From the NCBI GenBank assembly GCA_038046345.1, contig JBBSWJ010000019.1, positions 1 to 51,082 on the forward strand: DNA of 51,082 nucleotides. Reading direction: 5' to 3'. Numbering within the stretch: position 1 is the stretch's first letter; every line of letters begins with the position of its first letter. Origin of the DNA: Nanobdellota archaeon. GTDB lineage: Archaea; Nanobdellota; Nanobdellia; SCGC-AAA011-G17; JACPNG01. The notes beneath the pieces are model-generated. The model ran no database searches. It saw nothing but the letters and a program-made list of their open reading frames with translations, and was not told where the DNA came from. The translations under genes and the position numbers were made by a program. This document shows, in pieces, positions 10,230 through 19,544 of the stretch.

Positions 10230-10467
10230 TTTTTATTACCTCAACAACAGAAAATAAAGGAAGTTCATTACTTATTAGTTCGCCATATTTTTCAGGTTGC
10301 TCTTCTAAATAAAGTTCAATAGCTTCTTTAATATTTTTCATAGCTTCGTCGGTGTTTCTACCTTGGGAAGCAATGCCTAGACTAGGGCAATGGGCAACAA
10401 AAATAACACTATTATCACTTAATCTCTCTTTATTAATCACAATATCCATAAAATATTTATTTTTCAT
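10201..10467 (-). CDS. hicB: HicB-family antitoxin
   Basis: FVAHCPSLGIASQGRNTDEAMKNIKEAIELYLE. Overlaps the hicA start. Confidence 0.85.
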   Translation of the reverse strand: MKNKYFMDIVINKERLSDNSVIFVAHCPSLGIASQGRNTDEAMKNIKEAIELYLEEQPEKYGELISNELPLFSVVEVIKNAKVASNVG

Positions 10468-10585
10468 AAAGCTTAAATAACTTAAGATGTTTTTAAACTT
10501 TTTTGTTTGGTTTTTTTATTTTTAACTTTTTTTAATGCAATGGAATAGAAAACTATATAACCTATCTTCATTAAAAGGAAATAAG

Positions 10586-12088
10586 ATGATAAAAAAGTTA
10601 TTGATACTAGCAATAAGCGTGGTAATGTTATTATCAATAATGTTAACAGCACAAACATGTGTAAAACTGCCAATATGCGGTGATGGAGAAGTAAACCAAG
10701 CATCAGAACAGTGTGATAAATTAGATTTTAATGATCACACATGCCAAACTGAAGGATTTAGTTCTGGGATGTTAAACTGCAATAATGATTGTACCATTAG
10801 TACAATGAGCTGCCAAACGCAAATGCCTCAATCACAACTGATTCAAAATTATATAATACTAGGAAATAACTGGGGTGGAGGCTCAGCATCACAAGATGAG
10901 CTTGATTATTACATAACAAGATATTCTATGGCACAAGAATTTAGAGACTGGGAAGGAAAACCACTAATAGAAGCAGGAGGACAGAACATACTAAAATATC
11001 GTCTTGGAGGAAGCCTTTTTGACATAAGCCTGTCAAGCGCACCAGAAAGAATGGATATATGGGAAAAAGCAACTGGACAAAGATCAGGATATATGGATAT
11101 AAGACTGAAAAAAGAAGATGGAGGTTACATGCAGAGAAAGGATGGTAAAGAATGGCTTCTAGATTTGTCAACACAAGAAAATGTAAATCAATGGTCACAA
11201 ATATTAATAGAAAGCTTAGAACCATACCTTGAAGAACAAGATCCACCATTCCATGGAATATTTTTTGACGTAGCTAACCTTCAAGATATGAACGGATACC
11301 AAGGAGTTCCAGCACCATCATCAGGAGAAGAATACTCAAAAGGATCACAACATGATGGATTAGTAAATGTATACAGGCAAGTAAGGAATAGATTTCCCGA
11401 GGGGATAATAATACTAAATGGTCATAATCCATGGGAAAGAAGTTCAACTTTCCAAAAAGATCCGTCACTACCAGAATATTCCGGAAGAAGATTAGTAATG
11501 GACAGCGGAGCTGACGGGATAATGGTAGAAAATAGAATGCTGTCAGGAGGACCATCAATATCAAGCTGGACGAGCGCGGCAATACAAGACATAAGCTATT
11601 TATTAGATAATGGAAAAAAGGTGATAGTAACATATGCATTTGGAGAAGACCAACCTAACTTTAATGCGCAAAGAAAATGGGCACTAGCAACATATTTAAT
11701 AGCAACAGGAAATAACCGAAATGCGTATTTTGGAATGGATCAAGTTGGCGGCGGTGAACTACCAGATTATCCAGAACAAACATTTGATATCGGAAAAGAA
11801 CTTGGAGAACCAATAAGCGGTATTTTAGAAGAAAGTAATGGTGAAGTATTAAGAAGAAACTTTGAAAATGGGATAGTATTAGCACATGTGAGAAATGATG
11901 GAACACCACAAGAAATAACAATACCAGGAGAATACGAAGCATTGAGATTGAATGGTGGTGGCGTGTATGACATGGAAGACACACCGCAAGGAATGATTAA
12001 CTGGGATGGAGACATATTTGAGCAATTATTACCTCCAACACAACAAATCGTAGATGGATCTGCATTAATTCTTAGAGAAATACGATAA
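10586..12088 (+). CDS. Secreted/lipid-anchored TIM-barrel glycoside hydrolase-like protein (GHL15/GH114-like) with N-terminal Cys-rich module
   Basis: Signal ending LTAQTC, a CGDG...EQCD...TC...GF..G.L.C...C module, HGIFFDVAN, IIILNG, DGIMVEN, WALATYLIA and LRRNFENGIVL. Start re-called to ATG 10586. Confidence 0.6.
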   Translation: MIKKLLILAISVVMLLSIMLTAQTCVKLPICGDGEVNQASEQCDKLDFNDHTCQTEGFSSGMLNCNNDCTISTMSCQTQMPQSQLIQNYIILGNNWGGGSASQDELDYYITRYSMAQEFRDWEGKPLIEAGGQNILKYRLGGSLFDISLSSAPERMDIWEKATGQRSGYMDIRLKKEDGGYMQRKDGKEWLLDLSTQENVNQWSQILIESLEPYLEEQDPPFHGIFFDVANLQDMNGYQGVPAPSSGEEYSKGSQHDGLVNVYRQVRNRFPEGIIILNGHNPWERSSTFQKDPSLPEYSGRRLVMDSGADGIMVENRMLSGGPSISSWTSAAIQDISYLLDNGKKVIVTYAFGEDQPNFNAQRKWALATYLIATGNNRNAYFGMDQVGGGELPDYPEQTFDIGKELGEPISGILEESNGEVLRRNFENGIVLAHVRNDGTPQEITIPGEYEALRLNGGGVYDMEDTPQGMINWDGDIFEQLLPPTQQIVDGSALILREIR

Positions 12089-12269
12089 TTATTTTTGTAT
12101 TGGCCCATTTGGTTGAAAGTTTTGTACAGTGTATGCGATTATATAACGGTGTAGTATACATTGATAAGATTAATTCGAGAAAAAAGACCTTCTATTACTT
12201 GGGAAAAACTATAAGGCTTGGAGAAAAAACCAGAGAAAACCTTTTAAATAATTCCATGAAGTGAGTGAG

Positions 12270-12938
12270 ATGCAAAATAAGATACCTAAAGATATAAAAA
12301 ATAATTATGAATTCTTATCAAGAATGGACAAAGCATACTTACATGCTAGGTGGAGGTTATGCCCATTTTTATTAATTGATAAATGCTTACCTCAAAAAGG
12401 AAAAATTGTAGACGTTGGAAGCGGATATGGGCTGTTAGGGCATGTAATAGCAAGAAATCAAAATAGAAAAGTTTATGGAATTGATTTATCTAAAAAAAGA
12501 GTAGATATAGCAAGAAGATCCATCAATGGAAAAAAGAACTTATTTTTTGAAAGAAAGAATGTGAAAGACTTAAAATTAGGAGATTGTGATGGTATTGTTA
12601 TGTCTGACTTTCTACACCACATTAGTTTTAAGGATCAAGAAAATTTGATTAGACAAGCAAGAGGGAAGCTGAAGAATGGCGGAATATTAGCAATCCAAGA
12701 CATTGATAAAAAACCAAAATGGAAATATGCATTTGCAGCTGGTTTAGACCTTATTCTGAATGGTTTTCCATACTTATACTACAGACGAAAAGAAAATTTT
12801 AAGACAATGCTTGAAAGGAACGGATTTCAAGTTGAAATTGTCCCAGCAGATAAAGGGCTTCCGTTGCCGGATATTTTATTTATTTGTACAAAGGTTTCTT
12901 TGCCAAACATAAGGCAGAAACACCAAATGGAAAATTAA
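12270..12938 (+). CDS. Class I SAM-dependent methyltransferase
   Basis: IVDVGSGYG, YGIDLS and DFLHHI. TATA at 12243-12250 favours ATG 12270. Confidence 0.85.
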   Translation: MQNKIPKDIKNNYEFLSRMDKAYLHARWRLCPFLLIDKCLPQKGKIVDVGSGYGLLGHVIARNQNRKVYGIDLSKKRVDIARRSINGKKNLFFERKNVKDLKLGDCDGIVMSDFLHHISFKDQENLIRQARGKLKNGGILAIQDIDKKPKWKYAFAAGLDLILNGFPYLYYRRKENFKTMLERNGFQVEIVPADKGLPLPDILFICTKVSLPNIRQKHQMEN

Positions 12939-13614
12939 TATTTATTAGTTTAGATTCTAAAGTAAGAGTAAAAAGCATTATCTTGTTTATTGTTTTATTC
13001 TCAGTTTCAGTATCAGCTTTATTATTTTTTAAACCAATGATCCTTTGTATACTCCTGATCATTAATGTTGGAAAGAATGGAGTAATGTTACAATAAGAAG
13101 ATTTGACAATGTCTAACCCTGAGTTTATTGCTGCTAATTCAAGCTCTTTTTTGTGAAAACGATGCTTAGTTTGAACAACTATATCATGACTACCAAATAA
13201 ACTTTTAAATGCTGGAACACGAATAAGAATTAAACCACCTGGTTTTGTAACTCTTGAAAGTTCTTTAAGCGCAGACTGCCATGAATTAACATTTTGATGA
13301 TATAATACTTCAAAGCTAGTAACCAAATCAAAATAATCATCTTTAAACGGGAGTAGTTCTACTGAAGCTTTTTGGACGTTTAAATCTCTTTTTTTACAAA
13401 AATCAATAGCATGATCATTAATGTCAATGCCATTAACATTGCCGTACCTGGATAAAAATTCCATATTCTTTCCAGTGCCGCATCCTGCATCAAGAATTTT
13501 AACTCTTTGTTTAATATGTCTGTCTAATAATGCTTGGATTATTCTTCTGTTTCCAGCATACCACCAATGATTCTCTTCACGATTAAACATTAATTCGTAC
13601 TGGTGTTGTTCCAT
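12880..13614 (-). CDS. Class I SAM-dependent methyltransferase (type usually clustered with DegT sugar genes)
   Basis: EENHWWY N-terminus, ILDAGCGTG, and FEVLYH. Confidence 0.85.
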   Translation of the reverse strand: MEQHQYELMFNREENHWWYAGNRRIIQALLDRHIKQRVKILDAGCGTGKNMEFLSRYGNVNGIDINDHAIDFCKKRDLNVQKASVELLPFKDDYFDLVTSFEVLYHQNVNSWQSALKELSRVTKPGGLILIRVPAFKSLFGSHDIVVQTKHRFHKKELELAAINSGLDIVKSSYCNITPFFPTLMIRSIQRIIGLKNNKADTETENKTINKIMLFTLTLESKLININFPFGVSALCLAKKPLYK

Positions 13615-14684
13615 TCTTTTACGCTATCACAGACTGTTTTAATATCTTTTGGCGGTAATTCTGGGTATAGTGGTAATGATAAAATTTCGCCGGATAATCT
13701 CTCAGAATTAGGCAAGGAACTTTTTTGTAAGAATGCTTCCTGTTTGTGTAATGGAATAGGGTAATGGACTTCTGTGTTAATACCATCTTCAGTTAAGTAA
13801 GATCTTAATGATTCACGGTTTTTAGTTCTTATGACATATAAGTGGTATACATGCTTGGTGTTAGGCATTTCATACGGGGTTTTAACTATTTTTTTTAAAT
13901 TTTTATTATACTGCTTTGCAAGAATTATCCTTTTGTTATTCCAGGCATCTAGATATTTTAATTTAACCCTTAATATTGCTGCTTGAATTTCTGAAAGACG
14001 AGCATTCCATCCTGGAACTTTTACGTGGTATCTTTTAAACTGTCCATAATATCTTAAGCTTAATGCTCTTTCTTTTAGAACTTTATTATTTGTAGTGATA
14101 GCCCCGCCGTCACCATAACATGCAAGATTTTTACTTGGAAAAAAAGAGAAACAGCCAATATCCCCGAGAGTACCAACTTTTTTGTTTTTATAAGTTGCAC
14201 CGCATGCTTGAGCGCAATCTTCAACCACTGCAATCTTAAATTCTTTTGCTATTTTGTTTATAGGATCCATTGCTGCTGCCTGTCCATATAAATGAACAGG
14301 AATAACTGCTTTTGTTTTAGGCGTTATTTTGTTTGCTATCTCTTTTGGATCTAAAGTGTAAGCATCATTATTTATATCACAGAAGATTGGCCTTGCGCCA
14401 GCCTGAAGAACTGCGGTGGCTGTTGGGATTGCTGTATTAGCCGGGACTAAAACATCATGGCCTCTATGGACTCCAAGTGCACGTAATGAAATTGCCAAAG
14501 CTGAAGTACCAGAGCTTGTTCCTACAGTATAATTGGTTCCGATATAGTTTGTGAACTCTTTTTCAAAATATTCTAATTCAGTACCAAATAAATATCTTCC
14601 TGATTTAAGCACTCTGTTTATAGCAGTATTAATTGGCTTTTGGATTAACTTATACTGTGATTGTAGTTCTAATAGTGGGATCAT
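13590..14684 (-). CDS. DegT/DnrJ/EryC1/StrS PLP-dependent sugar aminotransferase
   Basis: PVHLYGQ, EDCAQACGA, SFFPSKNL (PLP lysine), GDGGAI and HVYHLYVIR. Confidence 0.92.
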   Translation of the reverse strand: MIPLLELQSQYKLIQKPINTAINRVLKSGRYLFGTELEYFEKEFTNYIGTNYTVGTSSGTSALAISLRALGVHRGHDVLVPANTAIPTATAVLQAGARPIFCDINNDAYTLDPKEIANKITPKTKAVIPVHLYGQAAAMDPINKIAKEFKIAVVEDCAQACGATYKNKKVGTLGDIGCFSFFPSKNLACYGDGGAITTNNKVLKERALSLRYYGQFKRYHVKVPGWNARLSEIQAAILRVKLKYLDAWNNKRIILAKQYNKNLKKIVKTPYEMPNTKHVYHLYVIRTKNRESLRSYLTEDGINTEVHYPIPLHKQEAFLQKSSLPNSERLSGEILSLPLYPELPPKDIKTVCDSVKEWNNTSTN

Positions 14685-14798
14685 TGGTTTTTGGGTTTAA
14701 ACCACTTTAAAATAATTGTTATAAGAGCTAAATATATGCTGTGAGCTGGGTTATGAAATAGCTATATGCATAAATAGAGTTGGTATTCTGGGATAAAC

Positions 14799-15860
14799 AT
14801 GAAAAAAATATCTACTGCTGATACAATATACTACCAACCAATACATCTTATAGGCAGTGATCAAGCTGCTGCAGAGTTTTTTAGTACACATCGAGGACAG
14901 CTTTTAGATGCTGTACGCTTAATTCGTAAAAAGGAGTTACCAATACAGTTAGGACTTAAAGCAACAGTAGTTTTAAAAAAGTATAATTCAGATGGTTGGG
15001 GTGTTTCACAGCAGGGTATGGATAGTGCTTTGTTATCTTTTGGTCAATTAGTTAAAGATGGTATAGATGTTAATGTTGATCCACGGTACAGCGGGCCAAC
15101 AAGAAGCATGTTTCAAGTCTTATTTGATCAAGGATTAATAGGAACTGGATTTAAAGCAATATGCACAGGTGATTTAGATCAATTTCCACCATCAAAAAAT
15201 CTTGAAAACGTTATAAGATTAAGCGAAGAAACTATAGCACATGAATCAGTATTGGGTGTTGGCAAAAGAGATGTGCCGGTAGTACTTGCTGCAAATCAAG
15301 AAAATGCATACTTAAGAAGGATATTTGAAGGCGTTATTAACATTAGTATTAAGAATACTTTAGAATGTTTTGAAAAGGAGTTATATGCAGAAGAACCACT
15401 GCAACAATTAGCTGCGGCAGATCCAGCATATATGTCGCATGGTGACTTCGTAACAGGTGTATACTTGCTTAATCCCTCAGCTGAAAATTATGGTGAATTT
15501 GTACGGGGCGTAGTTGATCAAGCAAGGTCAAGAGGATTTTTTGGTTTTGAAGATGAATATTTAATGGTGCATCTAGCGGCAGCATGTTCTAATCTTGATG
15601 CAATTTATTTTAACTCTGTAGCTAATCCTTTTAGTCCTATGGATATAAAAACTGAGAGAAATAAAATAGTAACAAAACAAATACAAGCGCCACTTGAGAA
15701 ATTAGCTGGTACATTTGTTCATGCAATGTTACCGGATGGTATGATAATAGCCCGTGAAAGGCTCACTGAATTTTATCCAAGAGAACAAATTGATGAGGTT
15801 ATTGGGTATATGAAACAAGCAATTGATGATGGATCTGAGCTAAATGAAGGTTATTCTTGA
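14799..15860 (+). CDS. Hypothetical protein, possible highly diverged GT-A glycosyltransferase
   Basis: TGDLDQF (DxD-like), VLGVGKR..., LRRIFEGVIN and GDFVTGVYLLN fall in the order expected for GT2 motifs, but the N-terminus is atypical. Confidence 0.5.
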   Translation: MKKISTADTIYYQPIHLIGSDQAAAEFFSTHRGQLLDAVRLIRKKELPIQLGLKATVVLKKYNSDGWGVSQQGMDSALLSFGQLVKDGIDVNVDPRYSGPTRSMFQVLFDQGLIGTGFKAICTGDLDQFPPSKNLENVIRLSEETIAHESVLGVGKRDVPVVLAANQENAYLRRIFEGVINISIKNTLECFEKELYAEEPLQQLAAADPAYMSHGDFVTGVYLLNPSAENYGEFVRGVVDQARSRGFFGFEDEYLMVHLAAACSNLDAIYFNSVANPFSPMDIKTERNKIVTKQIQAPLEKLAGTFVHAMLPDGMIIARERLTEFYPREQIDEVIGYMKQAIDDGSELNEGYS

Positions 15861-15928
15861 TGACTAAGAAGTTAGGAATTATAGGGTTAGGGATATACCA
15901 AAATAATATGCCAAGGCTATGGTATTAA
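15860..15928 (+). pseudogene. N-terminal stub of a Rossmann-fold oxidoreductase (MTKKLGIIGLG...)
   Basis: ATG overlaps the upstream stop (TGATG). The 22-codon ORF begins with a dinucleotide-binding-type motif and then decays. Confidence 0.35.
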
Positions 15929-15975
15929 AGGGATCATGGTAAAAGATTTTGAATTCTTTTTAAAAAATTGTTACA

Positions 15976-16986
15976 TCACCAATAATGTTGCTTATACTTC
16001 TTATAATACTCTAACATCATCCTAATACCTTCTTTTAGGTCAGTCTTCGGTTCCCAACCCAGCTCTGATTTAATTTTAAAGTATGAACAGTAGGAATCAC
16101 CAATATCAATTTTTTTCTTTTCTTGAGGAAATGGAACTTCGATGTATCCACCAGAACCATTAACCTCAATTAGCATTTTAACAAAATTCTTTAATGAAAC
16201 AGGATGGTGATGACCCAGATTGTAAAAGTTACCATCTGATTTCTTCATGGCTCCTGCACGCAAGAAAGCATCAACAACATCATCAACATAATTCATGTCT
16301 CTTAATTGCTCTCCGCCACCAAACAGTTCAATTTGCTCGTTATCTAAAATTTTACGAACAAACCAGGGAATAACTCCCTGACGTGAATGTTTCATTAATT
16401 GACGCGGTCCAAAAGTGTTAGTCAAACGTAAAGAACATGCATTAATTCCGTAAACATTATGGTATAAAATGTGATACCACTCACCAGCCATTTTGTTAAT
16501 ACCATTAACATCAGTTGGCTGCAGGATATGCTTCTCATCCAAAGGTAAATAAACTGGTTTGCCATAAACTTGCCTGGTGCCTGCGAAAATAATTTTCACA
16601 TCTGGTAAACCATTAGCTCTAACAGCTTCTAATAAGGATAACTGAGCGCGACAGTTGATGTCAAGGTCCGGGTATGGATCCTTCATAGAATCAATGTGAG
16701 ATACTTGCCCGGCAATATTAAAAATAATATCCTGCTCCTTAACAACTACCTGCATGGTGTGCTCAGAACGAATATCTGCAAGATTAATATGGACCTTATC
16801 CTTAATTGACTCAACATTAAATAAGTTACCACCATATGTGGGAATTAAAGAATCAACAATTATAACATTAGCACCAAGAGCCACTAGTTTATGAGCTATA
16901 TTACTGCCTATAAAACCTAAACCACCTGTAATAAGTACATTTTTTTCTTTGTAAAAACTAAAATAATCTTCTACCACCTTAGCCAC
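15976..16986 (-). CDS. NAD-dependent epimerase/dehydratase (extended SDR) with atypical active site
   Basis: TGGLGFIGS, FNIAGQVSH, AGTRQVYG and LRLTNTFGPRQ. The YxxxK motif reads NGINK. Confidence 0.88.
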   Translation of the reverse strand: MAKVVEDYFSFYKEKNVLITGGLGFIGSNIAHKLVALGANVIIVDSLIPTYGGNLFNVESIKDKVHINLADIRSEHTMQVVVKEQDIIFNIAGQVSHIDSMKDPYPDLDINCRAQLSLLEAVRANGLPDVKIIFAGTRQVYGKPVYLPLDEKHILQPTDVNGINKMAGEWYHILYHNVYGINACSLRLTNTFGPRQLMKHSRQGVIPWFVRKILDNEQIELFGGGEQLRDMNYVDDVVDAFLRAGAMKKSDGNFYNLGHHHPVSLKNFVKMLIEVNGSGGYIEVPFPQEKKKIDIGDSYCSYFKIKSELGWEPKTDLKEGIRMMLEYYKKYKQHYW

Positions 16987-17753
16987 TTTTTCAGTCGTTT
17001 CATAAGTACTAATTCATACCATTGATTAATAAGCCCGAATAAAGTTTTAAAAATTCTTTTAGGCCTGAAAAATTGTGATTTTCCATACTGCCTGTCAAAA
17101 TGATTTACAGGAACATTTTTGATAGTATAACCTCCATCTTGAATCTTCCTCATCATTTCAGTGCATATTAATCCAGTGTTAGACTCAAGAGTAATATTCC
17201 TAAAGATGTTAGTGTGCATTAAACGAAAATCGCAATCAACATCTTTAACCTTTAAGCCAAACATGATGTGCATACCAAAATTATACATTTTACCCAGGAT
17301 TGTTCTATAAAATGGATCATGACGCTTTATCTTAAAACCATTCACAACATCATAATCTTCAATAAAAGGGATAAGCAATGACAATTCAGAAACATCATAT
17401 TGGGCGTCACCATCAGTATAGAACACTAAATGTTTAGTAGCTGCAGCGAAACCAGAACGCAGTGCTCCGCCATAACCTTTATTTGTTTCATGGTGGATCA
17501 CTCTTACTCTTTTATCTTGTAAAGCAATGTTATTTGCAATCTCACCTGAATTATCAGGCGAACAATCATTAACCATTATAATCTCATAATCATCACAGTG
17601 TTCACTTAAAACTTTGGTGAGCCGCTTGTACATTAGTTCAACTGTACCAGAATCATTGTACATTGGGAAAAACGCAGAAATTTGATACTGTTTCTTGGGA
17701 AGGTTTCTTTTCTCTTCTAGAGATTGTTTTTCATGGGTAGTAACTGATTCCAT
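16971..17753 (-). CDS. GT2 glycosyltransferase, DPM1-like (polyprenol-phosphate sugar synthase type)
   Basis: FFPMYND, VNDCSPDNS, NKGYGGALRSG, YTDGDAQYD and DVDCDFRL. Confidence 0.88.
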   Translation of the reverse strand: MESVTTHEKQSLEEKRNLPKKQYQISAFFPMYNDSGTVELMYKRLTKVLSEHCDDYEIIMVNDCSPDNSGEIANNIALQDKRVRVIHHETNKGYGGALRSGFAAATKHLVFYTDGDAQYDVSELSLLIPFIEDYDVVNGFKIKRHDPFYRTILGKMYNFGMHIMFGLKVKDVDCDFRLMHTNIFRNITLESNTGLICTEMMRKIQDGGYTIKNVPVNHFDRQYGKSQFFRPKRIFKTLFGLINQWYELVLMKRLKKWLRW

Positions 17754-17841
17754 CTTGATATTCAAAATATCCAGTTTAAAAGTATTATTGGGTTAAAGAA
17801 TCTACGAAAAGCTTTTAAAAATATTATCAGCAGTATGAATA

Positions 17842-18855
17842 ATGATACTTTGGGAATATATGGTCTTTGTTATAGCTTTTGTAGTATTTATGCTGGTCAT
17901 GTGGCTAACAAAATGGCTGATAAGATACTTAAGAAGAGTTAACCTAGTAGTCCCTGATGTACATAAGGAAGGCAGACCATTAGTGCCAATATCTGGTGGA
18001 TTAGCAGTAGCAGGTGGTACAATTTCTGGTTTGATGATCTTTATATTTCTTAGAACATTCTTCCCTCAACCAACTGATAGATTATTACTAAACAGCTCGG
18101 TAATAACTTCATTATTTGCAGGGATTATAACCATATTAATAATAACCTTAATAGGATTTTTAGATGATCTAATAGTAAAATTAAACAGACAAGAATCGGG
18201 CGGGTTAAAGCAATGGCAGAAACCATTACTAACAATTGCAGCTGCAGTACCACTAATGGCAATAAATGCAGGTACAAGTACAATGGTATTACCATTCATA
18301 GGCAGAATAGATATTGGTGTGATTTATCCATTATTATTTGTACCACTGGGAGTTGTAGGCGCAGCAAATATGGTGAACTTATTAGGCGGATTCAATGGGA
18401 TGGAAACAGGAATGGGGGCAGTAGCAGTAGGAATGTTAGGCTTATTTTCTTTATTAAAAGGGCATTACCTAGCTGCATTAATATCTTTAATGGCATTCGC
18501 AGCCCTATCAGCTTTTTATTGGTATAATAAAGTTCCAGCAAGAATATTACCCGGTGACTCATTAACTTACTTTATTGGAGGAGTACTAGTTGTAATAGCC
18601 GTAATCGGGAATATGGAAAAAGCAGCAATTATAGTTTCAATACCATTCATAATTGAGTTTTTTTTAAAGCTAAGAGGCAGATTCAAAAAAACAACAATAG
18701 GGTATGAAGATCATGGAAAAGTGAGATCTCATTATGCCAAGATATATTCTATACCCCATTTTTTTACAAGAACTGGGGAATACACTGAGAAACAGATAAC
18801 ATATATTTTAATATTTATTGAGTTATGTGTTTCAAGCCTTATATGGATAATATGA
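17842..18855 (+). CDS. Polyprenol-phosphate HexNAc-1-phosphate transferase (MraY/GPT/AglH-like)
   Basis: IGFLDD, NMVNLLGGFNGMETG, ILPGDSLTY and multiple TM helices. Confidence 0.88.
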   Translation: MILWEYMVFVIAFVVFMLVMWLTKWLIRYLRRVNLVVPDVHKEGRPLVPISGGLAVAGGTISGLMIFIFLRTFFPQPTDRLLLNSSVITSLFAGIITILIITLIGFLDDLIVKLNRQESGGLKQWQKPLLTIAAAVPLMAINAGTSTMVLPFIGRIDIGVIYPLLFVPLGVVGAANMVNLLGGFNGMETGMGAVAVGMLGLFSLLKGHYLAALISLMAFAALSAFYWYNKVPARILPGDSLTYFIGGVLVVIAVIGNMEKAAIIVSIPFIIEFFLKLRGRFKKTTIGYEDHGKVRSHYAKIYSIPHFFTRTGEYTEKQITYILIFIELCVSSLIWII

Positions 18856-19544
18856 AACTATCAATAATAATACCTGCATATAATGAAGAAAAAAGAATCC
18901 CTGCTACTTTAGAATCTTATGGATCTTTTTTTAAAGAAAATGCAGAAATAATTGTAATTTTAAATAACTGCATAGACAACACAGAAAACATAGTTAAAGA
19001 TAAAATAAAAAAATACCCCAATATATCTTATGCTACAGAAGAAAAAATAGGCAAGGGAAATGCAATAATAAAAGGAATAAAAGAAGCAAGAGGAGAGTAC
19101 ATATGTTTTGTAGATGCAGACTCTTCTACAGAACCAGATCAAATAAAAAAACTATACGACGAAATACAAAACTCAAACTTTGCAGGATTGATAGGATCAA
19201 GGTGGGTTAAAGGTGCAGTAATAAAAAAATATCAGCCAATACCCAGGATAATTGCGTCAAGAGCTTATAACCTACTTGTCAGAATAATCCTTGGATTACC
19301 ATTTAAAGATACTCAGTGCGGTGCAAAAATATTTCAAAATGCTCCAATAAAAGAGATAATAGATGAAATAACACCAACAAAATGGGAGTTTGATGTAGCA
19401 TTGCTATATCCACTATTCAAGAAGGGATATAAAATTAAAGAAGTACCAATAATATGGGAAGATAAAACAGACACCAACTTAAAGATATGGCCAACTGCAA
19501 CTAAAATGTTTAAATCTTTATTGAAGATCAGGTTTAGAAAATGA
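18852..19544 (+). CDS. GT2 dolichyl-phosphate beta-glycosyltransferase (Alg5/AglJ-like)
   Basis: LSIIIPAYNEE, GKGNAI, FVDADSST, DTQCGAKIF and WEFDVALL. Start re-called to 18852. Confidence 0.88.
   Translation: MKLSIIIPAYNEEKRIPATLESYGSFFKENAEIIVILNNCIDNTENIVKDKIKKYPNISYATEEKIGKGNAIIKGIKEARGEYICFVDADSSTEPDQIKKLYDEIQNSNFAGLIGSRWVKGAVIKKYQPIPRIIASRAYNLLVRIILGLPFKDTQCGAKIFQNAPIKEIIDEITPTKWEFDVALLYPLFKKGYKIKEVPIIWEDKTDTNLKIWPTATKMFKSLLKIRFRK

Noticed and set aside
10497-10533. Long T-rich tract as a phase-variable repeat
   Set aside because: It is an interrupted, intergenic T tract, more simply a terminator-like or low-complexity sequence.
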